This document shows positions 7,715 to 7,901 of a stretch of DNA of 7,901 nt, piece after piece; the stretch's first letter is position 1; the number at the start of each line of letters is the position of its first letter. A program made the translations under genes and the position numbers. The notes below the pieces were generated by a model. It was not told the origin of the DNA and searched no databases. It saw only the letters and a program-made list of their open reading frames with translations. This stretch comes from Octopus sinensis (Eukaryota): positions 1 to 7,901 of the forward strand of contig NW_021828662.1 of NCBI RefSeq assembly GCF_006345805.1, written 5' to 3'.

Positions 7715-7901
7715 TGAGAGAGAGGGAGAGAGAGAGAGGAGGGGGAAAGAGAGAGACTGATATAAGAGGTTGAAAGAGAGAAGAGAGAGAGAGAGAGAGA
7801 GAGACGTACAAACATCCAGAGTGAGAGAGGAGGGAATAGAGAGACAGACAGACAGACGCACAAACATCCAGAGAGAGAGAGAGAGAGGAGGAAATAGAGA
7901 G
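7715..7901 (+). repeat. (GA)n purine-rich tract running off the window end
   Basis: Directly visible; contains a repeated (c)aaacatccaga motif at ~7809 and ~7861. Confidence 0.95.

Noticed and set aside
20-7863. ORFs of the supplied six-frame track (YI/CV/HT/N/H-rich peptides)
   Set aside because: They are translations of (TA)n, (TG)n, (CA)n, (AAT)n and (GGT)n repeats that lack stops by composition, or short ORFs with no protein-like signal.

Overview
AT-rich, microsatellite-saturated eukaryotic DNA, most likely intronic or intergenic. The density of (TA)n/(CA)n/(AAT)n/(GA)n resembles SSR-rich invertebrate genomes such as penaeid shrimp or octopus, but that is inference and the species cannot be determined. 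Every ORF in the supplied track is a microsatellite read-through or an unsupported short ORF. The main result is a complete type I hammerhead ribozyme: CUGAUGA...GAAA core, palindromic GAUC loop III, GUA cleavage site and an unusually long helix II. It is present twice, once per strand, inside a ~305-bp inverted repeat (2098-2402 / 2520-2825) whose spacer is a templated copy of DNA ~1.2 kb upstream. A second ~105-bp-arm fold-back (4765-4983) has the identical hammerhead 3' half-core at its apex. Together these suggest Penelope-like/retrozyme-type activity, although an assembly or chimera artefact must be excluded because repeat copies differ almost only by indels. The window also holds interleaved inverted repeats, a 62-nt GC-rich hairpin, a compound minisatellite and a few low-confidence + strand exon candidates of unknown product.
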